Positions 35,236-43,942 of a DNA stretch of 48,487 nucleotides are shown piece after piece; position 1 is the stretch's first letter; each line of letters begins with the position of its first letter. The notes below the pieces were generated by a model that was not told where the DNA came from, searched no databases, and worked only from the letters and a program-made list of their open reading frames with translations. Made by a program: the position numbers and the translations under genes. This DNA is from a virus (Duplodnaviria; Caudoviricetes), in the IMG/VR virus record IMGVR_UViG_3300044788_000021, positions 1-48,487 of that record; one strand, written 5' to 3'.

Positions 35236-35429
35236 CTCGCCCCCTTCGCCCGGCCCTTGTTCCACCATTCGAGGAAGATATGCTCGTCGAACCTCCAGTG
35301 GCCGCGGGCACCGCCTGGCTGATGCGCGCCCGGTATTTCTCCAGCCACCGCCTTCAACGTCAACCACCGTGCGCTAAAGCCAATCTGGCCCGCGAGATAG
35401 CCGGCGGTGACATAGCGGGGGTCAGGCAT
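35121..35429 (-). CDS. Excisionase-like HTH protein
   Basis: YVTAGYLAGQIGFSARWL...GEIPG...HWRFD winged-HTH pattern; overlaps the int start. Confidence 0.7.
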   Translation of the reverse strand: MPDPRYVTAGYLAGQIGFSARWLTLKAVAGEIPGAHQPGGARGHWRFDEHIFLEWWNKGRAKGARWHPSTGAAGNGGAGYSVRARSTASPLRRRLRELRANA

Positions 35430-35474
35430 CGGCGACCACGTCGACCGTATACGGTGACGACGGCGGCAGGCTGC

Positions 35475-36215
35475 TCATGGGACCACGCGCCATGCGGAGC
35501 ACAGCGGCACGGCAGGATGATACCCGGCCGGGTTGTCGCAATACCACTTGGACCCTGGCGCTGCGTAGCTGGCCGTGACCATCGAAGGGGCGCACATCGT
35601 CAGCATCTTCATACGCGGGATCTGGCACGTCAGCTCGTCGGCGGTCTGCCGATGCCGTCGTGCACCTTGCGGATCGCGGCTCTCGATCGCCACGGCGACC
35701 TTCTGGTTGTACTCAGCCAGCCGTAGCGTCTTGCACTCCTCATCGTTGCCTCCGGGGATGCCGAGCGCGGCACCCGTGCCGGCGACGGCGGCACCAGCCG
35801 AGAACCCCGGCAGTTGGCATTCGGTGCCACTGGCCGACATCGAGGGCGGGATCACTTCGGGCGTATTGTTCGGGATGCGCGACCCGGCGAAATTGGTGGT
35901 GATGCTGTTGCCCCCGCCACTACTGGCCCTTGCGGCGGCGAGCGCGGTCGCATCAGCGTTGGCTTTCGTCACCGACTCGGCGAGCGCCGGAGCAGCGAGA
36001 AGGGCGAGCGCGGCACCAAGAAGGACGAACTTAAGCCCGCGCGCGATCATATCGCAGCGCCGCACCTCGGTGGCTCCAGTGAGCTTCTTGAACTGCGCGG
36101 CGGTTACCTTGTGCCAATCGCTGCGAACCACTTTCCCGTCCAGAACATAGCAATAATCGGCATAGATTGGGTAATCATCAGGTAGGAGTGGTTCGTTCAA
36201 AGTTTTGTCGGTCAT
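35475..36215 (-). CDS. Chimeric protein: small cytoplasmic domain, signal/TM anchor, Cys-containing exported domain
   Basis: GGAGG RBS before ATG 36215; internal LKFVLLGAALALLAAPALA; C-terminal WYCDNPAGYHPAVPLC. Confidence 0.6.
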   Translation of the reverse strand: MTDKTLNEPLLPDDYPIYADYCYVLDGKVVRSDWHKVTAAQFKKLTGATEVRRCDMIARGLKFVLLGAALALLAAPALAESVTKANADATALAAARASSGGGNSITTNFAGSRIPNNTPEVIPPSMSASGTECQLPGFSAGAAVAGTGAALGIPGGNDEECKTLRLAEYNQKVAVAIESRDPQGARRHRQTADELTCQIPRMKMLTMCAPSMVTASYAAPGSKWYCDNPAGYHPAVPLCSAWRVVP

Positions 36216-36267
36216 TTTATTTACCTCCAACGAAGCGTGGGGGCTTGCGCCCCGCACTTCCCCTTTG

Positions 36268-36591
36268 TTAGAATTTGCCGAACGTGAACGCGCCTGCCGT
36301 GCCCTCGCCACCGGCCGCATAGTGGCCGTGGTAGGACGCGCCGGAACCAAAGCTCAACGAGCTGGTCGTGGAGTTCTGTCCGTTGTGGCCGATTGAGGCG
36401 GTGCCGGTTGAGGTATTGCCGCCGACCGCATAGGCGCGGCCCGTTCCGCACTCACAACCGCTGACCGCCGCGCCCGATCCGCTGGTGGCGAAAGTGCCGC
36501 CGATGGTAGAGCCGCCGCCGCCGTGACTGCCGCCGGCGAACGCCGGAGAGCAGAAAGCGAACAATGCAGCGGCAAAGATGATCTGTTTCAT
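36268..36591 (-). CDS. Secreted Gly/Ser-rich small protein
   Basis: Signal peptide MKQIIFAAALFAFCSPAFA, low-complexity body, terminal FTFGKF; AAAGGA RBS. Confidence 0.7.
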   Translation of the reverse strand: MKQIIFAAALFAFCSPAFAGGSHGGGGSTIGGTFATSGSGAAVSGCECGTGRAYAVGGNTSTGTASIGHNGQNSTTSSLSFGSGASYHGHYAAGGEGTAGAFTFGKF

Positions 36592-36679
36592 AAAGCTGTC
36601 CTTTATCTGCCGCCCAGTTGGCCCCGGGGCGGTTGCGGGGATTTCGCTCTGTCCACTCCGATATGCGATCGGTCAGCCA

Positions 36680-38209
36680 TCACGCCGTCGACGTCTTCCT
36701 CGCGAGCGCTGCCTGGACCTCGTCGTAAAGGGGCGCCATTTCCACCGGGCCCGCCTTGAGCCTGAGCAGCCCCGCCTCGTTCGCCTTACGTATATTCACC
36801 AGCCGCGGCCGCGTAGGCGGCTGCTGATCGATGAGCGCCAACAGCTGCCGCGCGAAATAGTCGAGGTCGCTCGGCGTCGGACGTGGTCCGAGAGGCACGA
36901 CCAGGTTCTCAGCCGGCGAACCGCCGAGGAGGTCGGTATCCCCGGCCGCGGCAGGGCCGCCAAGCCCATTCGTGTCCTCCTCCTCTGTTGGCTGCGCGGC
37001 CGGGGAATTGGGTTGCCCTTCGCCCTCGTGCACGAGCGTCGTGGATCGACGTAGAGCTTCGTGCATCACGCGCTGCTCGCCAGCGCTCAAATACTTGGTG
37101 TCCTGGGGGAGTGGCTTGAGCCCGAAGGCGTCCTCGTCGTCGCCCGGGCGCTCCGCGTCCGGCGAAGGCTGCAATCCTTTGAGTAGGGTTTCGTAGGTCT
37201 GGATCAATCTCCGCTCGAAATCGAGCGGCATGATCTCGTGAAAGTCATTGCTCTCTGCGGCGCCGCGCAGGGCCTCCACGCCGCGCTTCGCCGCCTCATA
37301 GAAAACTGCCGTCAGCGCCGCCTCGGCCAAATCTGGCGTCATGTACTCTGTCTCGACGCCATCGAGGTCGACGACGGGGTAGGTCAGAGCCGCGGGATCG
37401 ATCATGGGCACTTCGGCATATTCCTGCGGCGGCAGCGCGAAACTCTCGCGCCTCGGCCTGGCTGGGATCGCAGGCAAATCCTCGGGCGCCGGCAGCGCGT
37501 CTATTTCCTCATCGCGCATCAGTAGCTTCTCTAACATCGATGCTTGCGGCGCGGCCTTCGCGGCCCGGCGCATCACGGTCTTGCGCGCCATCTCGGACCA
37601 CCATTTGACCCAGGGGCCGGCAGCACTGTCCCTTGCGCGGCTCACGGCGCGGGCCTTCTCGATTTCCTTGATGCCCATCACTTCCCGGATGGTCTCGCCG
37701 CTGGCGAGTTTTATGATCGCGTAAGCGCCGATCGCATCGCCACGATCTTCATCGAGCGGCGGGGGCTCGTGCTCGATAAAGGCACCATCGCCGAGCCGGT
37801 ATTTGAAGCGGTCCTTGCGGTACACGACCTCTGCCGTGGCGCTGTCAACCTCGCCGCTGTTCCGCAGCCGCTTCCTGATGCCAGCGATCATAGGCATGAA
37901 TTGGACCGCCTCGATCCACTGTTCGCGGCCCTGCCGGTCCTTCACCTTCGTCTTGTAGATGACGAGCGCGGCCTCCCGCCCGTCAGGCAGAAGCCCATCG
38001 CTCGCGCACTTTACGCAGGAGTTGAACAGGGTCCGACGATCGGCATTCATCAGGTCTGGATTGATGCTAATCGCGGTCAGGATCATCCGCTTAAAATGAT
38101 CTACTGAAATGTTCGCGGGAAGCGCCGCCTCAAAATTTGGGGTATATGCCTCTATTGCTTGATCTAAAGGCATCGAGGCAAAATCTACGGTCTGCACCTG
38201 ATTAGTCAT
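36680..38209 (-). CDS. recT: RecT-family single-strand annealing protein with long C-terminal extension
   Basis: CASDGLLPDGREAALV, GIRKRLRNSG, GAYAIIKL, PWVKWWSEMARKTVMRR. Confidence 0.9.
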   Translation of the reverse strand: MTNQVQTVDFASMPLDQAIEAYTPNFEAALPANISVDHFKRMILTAISINPDLMNADRRTLFNSCVKCASDGLLPDGREAALVIYKTKVKDRQGREQWIEAVQFMPMIAGIRKRLRNSGEVDSATAEVVYRKDRFKYRLGDGAFIEHEPPPLDEDRGDAIGAYAIIKLASGETIREVMGIKEIEKARAVSRARDSAAGPWVKWWSEMARKTVMRRAAKAAPQASMLEKLLMRDEEIDALPAPEDLPAIPARPRRESFALPPQEYAEVPMIDPAALTYPVVDLDGVETEYMTPDLAEAALTAVFYEAAKRGVEALRGAAESNDFHEIMPLDFERRLIQTYETLLKGLQPSPDAERPGDDEDAFGLKPLPQDTKYLSAGEQRVMHEALRRSTTLVHEGEGQPNSPAAQPTEEEDTNGLGGPAAAGDTDLLGGSPAENLVVPLGPRPTPSDLDYFARQLLALIDQQPPTRPRLVNIRKANEAGLLRLKAGPVEMAPLYDEVQAALARKTSTA

Positions 38210-38700
38210 GCTTTCTTTCCTCTTATTACCCGCATCGACAACCTAGCGCACGCTCTGCAAATGCGCCGGCCATTCCATATGCGTGTGTTGTCGGGTGTGA
38301 ATTTATGCCCGCGGCGGCATTCGGTGCGGTGCGTGTTCTGATTTGAGTGCCGCCCTTTGGTGCGCATGTCGGCCATATTAACTCGATGCGTCCCAAGAAA
38401 TAGGTGCCCGGGGTTTACACAGAGGCGGTTATCGCAGCGATGCAGAACGTGAAGCTCCGCAGGGAACTCTCCGACATAAAACCGATAGGCATGGCGATGC
38501 GCGTGCTCCTGGTGATATTGCCAAGTGAACTGCCCGTAGCCATACGCATCAATCCCCGCAAGCCATAGCCAACAGCCACTGTTGGGTTCAGGAATAAATT
38601 TCCGCTCGAATCTTGCAAGGGCTCGCTGCGGATCGCGAGCGTTCTGTGCTGCGATCACGGTCCCGCGCGAGAGGTTTGCCAACGACGCAAGCGCGGTCAT
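38206..38700 (-). CDS. HNH homing-type endonuclease
   Basis: SGCWLW, AHRHAY, VLHRCDNRLCVNPGHLFLGT, TECRRGH...RICRAC. Confidence 0.9.
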   Translation of the reverse strand: MTALASLANLSRGTVIAAQNARDPQRALARFERKFIPEPNSGCWLWLAGIDAYGYGQFTWQYHQEHAHRHAYRFYVGEFPAELHVLHRCDNRLCVNPGHLFLGTHRVNMADMRTKGRHSNQNTHRTECRRGHKFTPDNTRIWNGRRICRACARLSMRVIRGKKA

Positions 38701-39518
38701 CGGACACTCGTTGCTGTGTTTTCAAAAATTCTCGTGCCACGCAACTCCCGGCCGCCGGCGCGGATAAAGCCGCGGACAGCCTTCTCTAAAGCGTCCAGTG
38801 GCAGGAACGGCCGCAGCGTTTCGAGATCGACCTTGTCGCGATCGAGATCGTCCATATCCCAGAAGCGTCGCAGGCTCGCGACAGCCCCATAATCGGACCG
38901 CTGCCGGCTCAACTCGGCCGGCTTAGCTTCGGCCGCCCGCTGCGCCGCGACCGCGTCTGCCTCGCGCTGCCGCGCCAACTCACCGGCGCTGATCGCGCCA
39001 TCGATATCGGCCTCGGTGGCAACGGCGGCCGCGGCGGCTTCCGCCTCGTGGCGCTGGCGCTCGGCCTCCTCCCGCTCCTGGCGCGCGACATCCTCACGGC
39101 GGCGCCGTTCGGCCTCAGCAACCTCGCGCTGGTAGAGCGTCAGCTTGCGCTCGACATCGGTTTTGGCGCGCGTCAGAGGTTCAGTAATGCCCCGGAATAC
39201 GGCGTCGATAACGCGGCCGCCTTCCAGGAACGGCTCCTTGCGCGCCACGCGATCAGCCTCGGCATTCTTGATGCACGCGGCGATCAATTTGATGAGGTCA
39301 GCCGTCTTGCCGGCGGCTATATCATTGTCAACGCCTGGGGGCACGCGGCCAACCGAGGCGAGAAGTTCATCTTTGCGGGAGGCGAGCGCGGTGATTTCTT
39401 CGCCGACATATTCCCGCATATCGGTTGGATTAAGTTCGACCTTGCCATCGGCGCCTATGCCGATAAATCCGATATTATGCCCCCTGCCGGGGAGAAGGTC
39501 GTTTTCGACGATCGTCAT
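38697..39518 (-). CDS. Coiled-coil protein of the recombination module
   Basis: GHN N-terminal motif, RKEPFLEGGR, C-terminal GRELRGTRIFE; upstream of RecT. Confidence 0.7.
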   Translation of the reverse strand: MTIVENDLLPGRGHNIGFIGIGADGKVELNPTDMREYVGEEITALASRKDELLASVGRVPPGVDNDIAAGKTADLIKLIAACIKNAEADRVARKEPFLEGGRVIDAVFRGITEPLTRAKTDVERKLTLYQREVAEAERRRREDVARQEREEAERQRHEAEAAAAAVATEADIDGAISAGELARQREADAVAAQRAAEAKPAELSRQRSDYGAVASLRRFWDMDDLDRDKVDLETLRPFLPLDALEKAVRGFIRAGGRELRGTRIFENTATSVR

Positions 39519-39531
39519 TTTATGATCCCTT

Positions 39532-39981
39532 TCAGAACGGAAGCTTTGCTTGCATCAGGTCAATCTTCGCTCGCGGCTGCGCCTGGGGCTCATCCGGGGC
39601 GTGCTGTTGCGCCCATCGCATGTCGGCGACGCGAAAGTTGTAGTCGGCCTCAGTGATTGGCTCGCCGCGATGGAGCCACACGTCATCCATCGCGACGGGC
39701 TCTCCGGCGACGAATGCCGCGATGAACGGACTGCGGTCCATGCGGTTGCTTTCTTCGCCGGGTTCAGCAGTTGTGTGAACGACGTAGATCGCGGCAGGAA
39801 CGCGAGGGCCACCCTTGACCATGCGCATCAGCCAATACCCCTGCTGCGGTTGCGTGATCTGTCGCGGCGAGTCGTGCTCAGGATCGCGCCATGCATAAAG
39901 AAATCGCGTCCCGTCCTTCGGTGCAGTCTCAATCGGTCGCCAATCGAGGGCGGCCTGTACCGTTGCGGGGGCGGCCATCAC
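39532..39981 (-). CDS. Hypothetical protein with WRPIETAPKDG N-terminus
   Basis: DUF551-like start followed by GYWLMRMVKGGPRVPAAI. Confidence 0.7.
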   Translation of the reverse strand: MMAAPATVQAALDWRPIETAPKDGTRFLYAWRDPEHDSPRQITQPQQGYWLMRMVKGGPRVPAAIYVVHTTAEPGEESNRMDRSPFIAAFVAGEPVAMDDVWLHRGEPITEADYNFRVADMRWAQQHAPDEPQAQPRAKIDLMQAKLPF

Positions 39982-40229
39982 GCGCCCTCTATCTCGGCGA
40001 GCCGCGCGCAGAACCGATCATGCGCGACGAGCCGTTCCGCGGTCGTCAGCGGCGGATCCTCGGCGCGGTGCGCCCGGGTCGCGGGGTTGAGACGCCGTGC
40101 GATCTCGTCGGCTTGGCTAGTGGTCTTGCCGCCACAACAGCGGGGGCAGTATGCCGCGTAGTGCGGGCCGACCCATTTGTACCCGCAGTCGGTGCAGTGA
40201 TAGGAGACGGTATGGAAGGTGGTCATCAT
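39978..40229 (-). CDS. Small zinc-ribbon protein
   Basis: CTDC ... CPRC; overlapping start/stop coupling. Confidence 0.6.
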   Translation of the reverse strand: MMTTFHTVSYHCTDCGYKWVGPHYAAYCPRCCGGKTTSQADEIARRLNPATRAHRAEDPPLTTAERLVAHDRFCARLAEIEGA

Positions 40230-40405
40230 CCTGCGGCCCTCGGCGCGACCGTCCAGCTTGGGAGCGTCCACAACGCCACGCATTGCGGCCGATGCGTCCG
40301 GGTTGAGGGGCGCAGCCGCCGCAACATCTCAGCAGCTCTGATCTCGCGTGCCTCCTCGATCCGGTGCCGCAGAATGGTGGCGGTTGTTGGCTGGCTGGCG
40401 GGCAT
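40226..40405 (-). CDS. First gene of the leftward operon, hypothetical
   Basis: GGGAGAG RBS, downstream of the PL-like promoter. Confidence 0.5.
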   Translation of the reverse strand: MPASQPTTATILRHRIEEAREIRAAEMLRRLRPSTRTHRPQCVALWTLPSWTVAPRAAG

Positions 40406-40501
40406 CGCGGTCTCTCCCCTCGCGATGCGGTGCCGGGGCGTTACCCCGGCTGTCCGCATAATCGCCTCCGCCGTTGGAGCCGTTTGTCGCGAGTGAGGGA
40501 G

Positions 40502-40555
40502 AGTATGCGGACTTATATCCGCACGTCAAGCATTAAATGAGGATTTTTATCCGCG
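40502..40555 (-). promoter_or_regulatory. OL/PL-like region: two operators and a leftward promoter
   Basis: TGCGGACTTATATCCGCA (40506-40523) and TGAGGATTTTTATCCGCG (40538-40555); minus strand TTGACG-16 nt-CATACT. Confidence 0.8.
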
Positions 40556-40635
40556 CCTGAAAGAGCGCAATATTGTCGGTGCGTCGTGGCGGGAGAAATT
40601 AGCGGGGATGGGTGCCGACGCGGCGTGGCAGACTG

Positions 40636-41034
40636 TCAGCCCCCGTTGCTGGTGCGCCCCCTTATCAGGTAGCGCGCGATCTGGCAGCCGTCCATCTCGG
40701 TCATCCGGGTCGCTGGCGGGCAGGGTTCGATCGTAGAGCCCGGCGGGTCGCGATAATTCGTCTCGAACCGTGCGCCGGTTCGCCGCTCCTCGGCCGCCTT
40801 CAATTCCGCAACGGTCGGTTTGTGGGGCGCGCCCAGTTTGTAGTAGGCGTCGCTCTCCTGCTCCATGCAGAGGACCTGCATGTAGAGGGAGTTGGGGGCT
40901 TTGGCGCAATGGCTATACGCTTTTTGCGCCACCTCCGGCGGCATCCCGAAATTCGGGTCCGCTGCAACCGGCCCGGTCGAGCAAATCGTCGCGAACGACG
41001 CGGCGGCCAGCATGGTTTGAATCGTTAGTCTCAT
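40636..41034 (-). CDS. Exported Cys-containing protein downstream of the repressor
   Basis: Signal-like MRLTIQTMLAAASFATICSTGPVAA; four further Cys. Confidence 0.6.
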   Translation of the reverse strand: MRLTIQTMLAAASFATICSTGPVAADPNFGMPPEVAQKAYSHCAKAPNSLYMQVLCMEQESDAYYKLGAPHKPTVAELKAAEERRTGARFETNYRDPPGSTIEPCPPATRMTEMDGCQIARYLIRGRTSNGG

Positions 41035-41068
41035 GGCCTTGGCCTGTCTTTGTGTGGAAATTGAATTA

Positions 41069-41452
41069 TCAGCGCCCCCTTTTTGCGGGGATTGAAGAGG
41101 TGTTGGGCGGCGTCGGCGGAAGCGCCGCCACACCGCGCGCTATATCGACGATCAGCTTTTGACCGGCTTCCGACGCCTCATCATATAGGCGGAGCAATTC
41201 GTCTCTCTCGCGGCCGCCATTCCGCGAATTGAGTCGGATATCAGGCGCGACCTCTTCTAGATGGGCCAGATCGCACTCCAGCACCGCCGCGAGGGCGCGC
41301 AGCACCTGACGGCGGGGCGGGTGCCCTCGCCTGATCAATCGGATGCTGTCCACCGTTACCGGCGGCCCGGCCTTAAGACAGGCGGCCCGCTCGCTGAGTT
41401 TGACGACCTTCCGCCGCTGTTTGATGCGGGCCAAAAGCTCGGTTGTGTCCAT
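41069..41452 (-). CDS. CI-like repressor (XRE HTH, no peptidase domain)
   Basis: LLARIKQRR...LSERAACLKAG...SIRLIRRGHPP...LRALAAVLEC; divergent from the cro-like gene. Confidence 0.8.
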   Translation of the reverse strand: MDTTELLARIKQRRKVVKLSERAACLKAGPPVTVDSIRLIRRGHPPRRQVLRALAAVLECDLAHLEEVAPDIRLNSRNGGRERDELLRLYDEASEAGQKLIVDIARGVAALPPTPPNTSSIPAKRGR

Positions 41453-41530
41453 GCGGAAGATCATCCGCGTTTCGCAAAAATTGTCATGCGGATAGAAATC
41501 CGTTGACATGCGGACAAAAGTCCGCAAGAT
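41452..41530. promoter_or_regulatory. OR-like region: three operators and a rightward promoter
   Basis: TGCGGAAGATCATCCGCG (41452), TGCGGATAGAAATCCGTT (41487), TGCGGACAAAAGTCCGCA (41509); TTGACA at 41503-41508. Confidence 0.85.
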
Positions 41531-41537
41531 CGGCAGC

Positions 41538-41804
41538 ATGGATTCGCGCCTCATGCTCCTGACCGTCGCCCGCACATACTGTAATGCCACCGGGCGCTCG
41601 CTCGCGCGCGTGGCGACCCTGATCCACAATCAAGGCGCGCTCTTCAAAAAGCTGGAGGCGGGCGACAGTTGCACGATCGAAACCTACGACAAGGCAATGC
41701 GGTGGTTCTCGAATCGCTGGCCAGCCGGCACCGCCTGGCCTGACGACATTGTGCGCCCCGCAGTAAAGCCGGGGACGTTAGAAGCCGACACCGAGGCCGC
41801 CTAA
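41538..41804 (+). CDS. Cro-like regulator
   Basis: YCNATGRSLARVATLI...FKKLEAG...WFSNRWP pattern of alphaproteobacterial phage Cro-like proteins. Confidence 0.8.
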   Translation: MDSRLMLLTVARTYCNATGRSLARVATLIHNQGALFKKLEAGDSCTIETYDKAMRWFSNRWPAGTAWPDDIVRPAVKPGTLEADTEAA

Positions 41805-41932
41805 TGACCTGGCTCCTCGCCTGGCTGGCCCTCTCGCTCCCCGTGGGCATCGCGGTCGGCTTCTGGCTGCGGGCGCTGTCGCCGCCGGACGAGGACGTGG
41901 TCGAGGATCCTGCAGATTGGAATGCGCGATGA
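41804..41932 (+). CDS. Small single-TM protein (42 aa)
   Basis: TAATG coupling; MTWLLAWLALSLPVGIAVGFWL. Confidence 0.55.
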   Translation: MTWLLAWLALSLPVGIAVGFWLRALSPPDEDVVEDPADWNAR

Positions 41933-42102
41933 CGGCGCCCACCACGCGCGCCGTCGCGGCGCATATTCTGTCGCATCCCGATAGCATCCGTTCGGCCGGC
42001 GAGCGCGCCGCCTGGCGGCGCGGCTTCATGGCCGGCTGCGCGGCGGTGGTGTTCGGCTCGATCGGCCTAGTGCTGCTGCTCGCATTGGTGAATGGGCCCT
42101 AA
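41929..42102 (+). CDS. Small protein with C-terminal TM helix
   Basis: ATGA coupling; FMAGCAAVVFGSIGLVLLLALV. Confidence 0.55.
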   Translation: MTAPTTRAVAAHILSHPDSIRSAGERAAWRRGFMAGCAAVVFGSIGLVLLLALVNGP

Positions 42103-42119
42103 CAGGGGAGACCGGGGAA

Positions 42120-42317
42120 ATGCCAGGACGACGTTCAATCTTGTATTCCGAGGAAGAGCTTGACGAGCGGACAACCGCGCTGACCCGCATCGTGCAGGGG
42201 GGTGACTGGTCGAATGCCTTTGTCCGCCACCACGTCAAACTGATGATGATCGAGGCGCAGCGCGAGGCGGCGCAGCGCGTGGTGGACATCATCGAGGCGT
42301 CGATGGCGCGCGAGTGA
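42120..42317 (+). CDS. Hypothetical protein
   Basis: GGGGAG RBS, 65 aa. Confidence 0.55.
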   Translation: MPGRRSILYSEEELDERTTALTRIVQGGDWSNAFVRHHVKLMMIEAQREAAQRVVDIIEASMARE

Positions 42318-42597
42318 TCGGCCGCCGAGCCGGTGCCCGCAACTGCGCCTCGGCTGGTGCCTGTCATGACTGCCCGCCTGCCCGCCGGCGAGTGAAACGC
42401 GCTGCTGTCGATTGCAGGGCGCGCCGCATGAACGGGCATATCATTTTTGCGATTCCGAGATCGACCGGGCCGTCTTCCTGCGTTGCCGTTGGCTGGTCGC
42501 GCAGGCTCGGGGGGACCAGGACGGCCCGGTCGACTTGGGGTGAGGTTAGTTTCTCCTGTTGCCATCGTGTCCCGACAATAGGGCGCGAGGCGCACGC

Positions 42598-43011
42598 GTG
42601 GATACGCAACGGATTTGTGAATCGGAAATGACCGAGGCCGCCACCATTCGCGCGGTTTATCCAGCGCACACCATGAAGAGCCTCGCTCGGCTGATGGGCG
42701 TGCCGATCGATACGGCGCGCACCTGGTTATATCGGCACCTCTGCGCCGCGCGCCGCCGCGAACTCGCTCTGGCGCTGATCGCCGAACTCGACCGGCAGGA
42801 CATCGAGCGCGCGGTGGTGCGCCAGAAACTGAACATGATGGCGGGGGAAATCAATGCGCCGGTGGATCGCATACTTGCTGGCCCGGCTGCTGAACAGGAT
42901 CGCGCTGCGAGGCCGCGTGTTGGGGCTGTGGCTCCGGGTGCCGGCGCGGCTTTGGCTTCGGCGGCTGGCGCGCCGGCTCGGCGAATGGGCGGCGGGGTGA
43001 CCCGGCGATGA
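42598..43011 (+). CDS. CII-like HTH regulator
   Basis: TMKSLARLMGVPIDTARTWL HTH; position after cro; start uncertain. Confidence 0.6.
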   Translation: MDTQRICESEMTEAATIRAVYPAHTMKSLARLMGVPIDTARTWLYRHLCAARRRELALALIAELDRQDIERAVVRQKLNMMAGEINAPVDRILAGPAAEQDRAARPRVGAVAPGAGAALASAAGAPARRMGGGVTRR

Positions 43012-43409
43012 CGATTGAAACAGGCATCCATCCCCCGGGGAGCATGACCCAACTCGGGTTGCCGCGCGGCGTGCATGGCGCTCTCACCGTGGCACAGCAG
43101 GATGCGGCGATCGATATGCTGCTGTCCGGGCTCAGCCAGACGGGGGTCGCTGCGCACTTCGGCGTCACCAAGAACACCATCGCCGGTGTCTGGGCGCGCA
43201 GCGGCAACGGGCAGGCTAACGGTCCCGTGCCGACGACGCTGATCGAGCGCTGCGACGCGCTGCACGTGCGGATGGACGCCGTGCTCGCGGAGACGCTCGG
43301 GGTGGGGCGGGTGCCGACTGCGCCGCAGCTCGGCCTATCCAATGTGCAGACGACGCAACCAGAACCGCAACGAGGTTTGAAAAATGGCCGTATCTCGCAA
43401 GACGAATGA
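43008..43409 (+). CDS. GcrA-like HTH protein
   Basis: LLSGLSQTGVAAHFGVTKNTIAG resembles the GcrA N-terminal HTH. Confidence 0.55.
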   Translation: MTIETGIHPPGSMTQLGLPRGVHGALTVAQQDAAIDMLLSGLSQTGVAAHFGVTKNTIAGVWARSGNGQANGPVPTTLIERCDALHVRMDAVLAETLGVGRVPTAPQLGLSNVQTTQPEPQRGLKNGRISQDE

Positions 43410-43914
43410 CACCAGCCCGCCGGGCGTCAATCTCGACCGCCTGAAGCGGCTGGCCGAGCGCTGGGACAGCAAGAAAAGCGCGGCCGATGACGCTCGCGGC
43501 GACCTCGGGTCGATCGCGAAAGAGGTCGAGGATCTCGGTTTCAACCGTGCGGCGTTCAAGCTGACCATGAAGCTCCGCAACATGGAGCCCGACAAGCGCA
43601 ACGACTTCCTCTCGTCGCTCAACGCTTACGCGGATTATTTCGGGATCTTCGCGCAGGGCGACCTGTTCGGCGAGGCGCCAACCGGCGTCGGGCCCAACAA
43701 CGGCGCCGGCGAGATATCGCCCAAAGCCGCCCGTTTGCAGGGCGAGAAGGCCGGGAAGCGCGGCGACAATATCGAGACCAATCCCCACCCCGCGGACAGC
43801 GAGGCTCGCGCCGAATTCGATGCCGGGTGGATCGCGGGCCAGGCCGAAAAGGTGCGCCGGGAGATCAGGCCATCGGAACTGTCGCCCGATACCGAAACGC
43901 AAGCCAGCGCGTAG
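43384..43914 (+). CDS. GapR (DUF2312)-like domain fused to an Rmf-like C-terminal domain
   Basis: LKRLAER...DLGSIAKEVEDLGFNRAAFKLTMKLRNM...NAYADYFG; C-terminal QGEKAGKRG...NPH...FDAGW. Confidence 0.6.
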   Translation: MAVSRKTNDTSPPGVNLDRLKRLAERWDSKKSAADDARGDLGSIAKEVEDLGFNRAAFKLTMKLRNMEPDKRNDFLSSLNAYADYFGIFAQGDLFGEAPTGVGPNNGAGEISPKAARLQGEKAGKRGDNIETNPHPADSEARAEFDAGWIAGQAEKVRREIRPSELSPDTETQASA

Positions 43915-43942
43915 AGGGCGGTTCGTGCACGGCGGCGGTATT

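Noticed and set aside
35236-35367. N-terminal extension of the integrase given by the ORF track
   Set aside because: Overlaps the excisionase; the arm-binding motif begins at Met 35235
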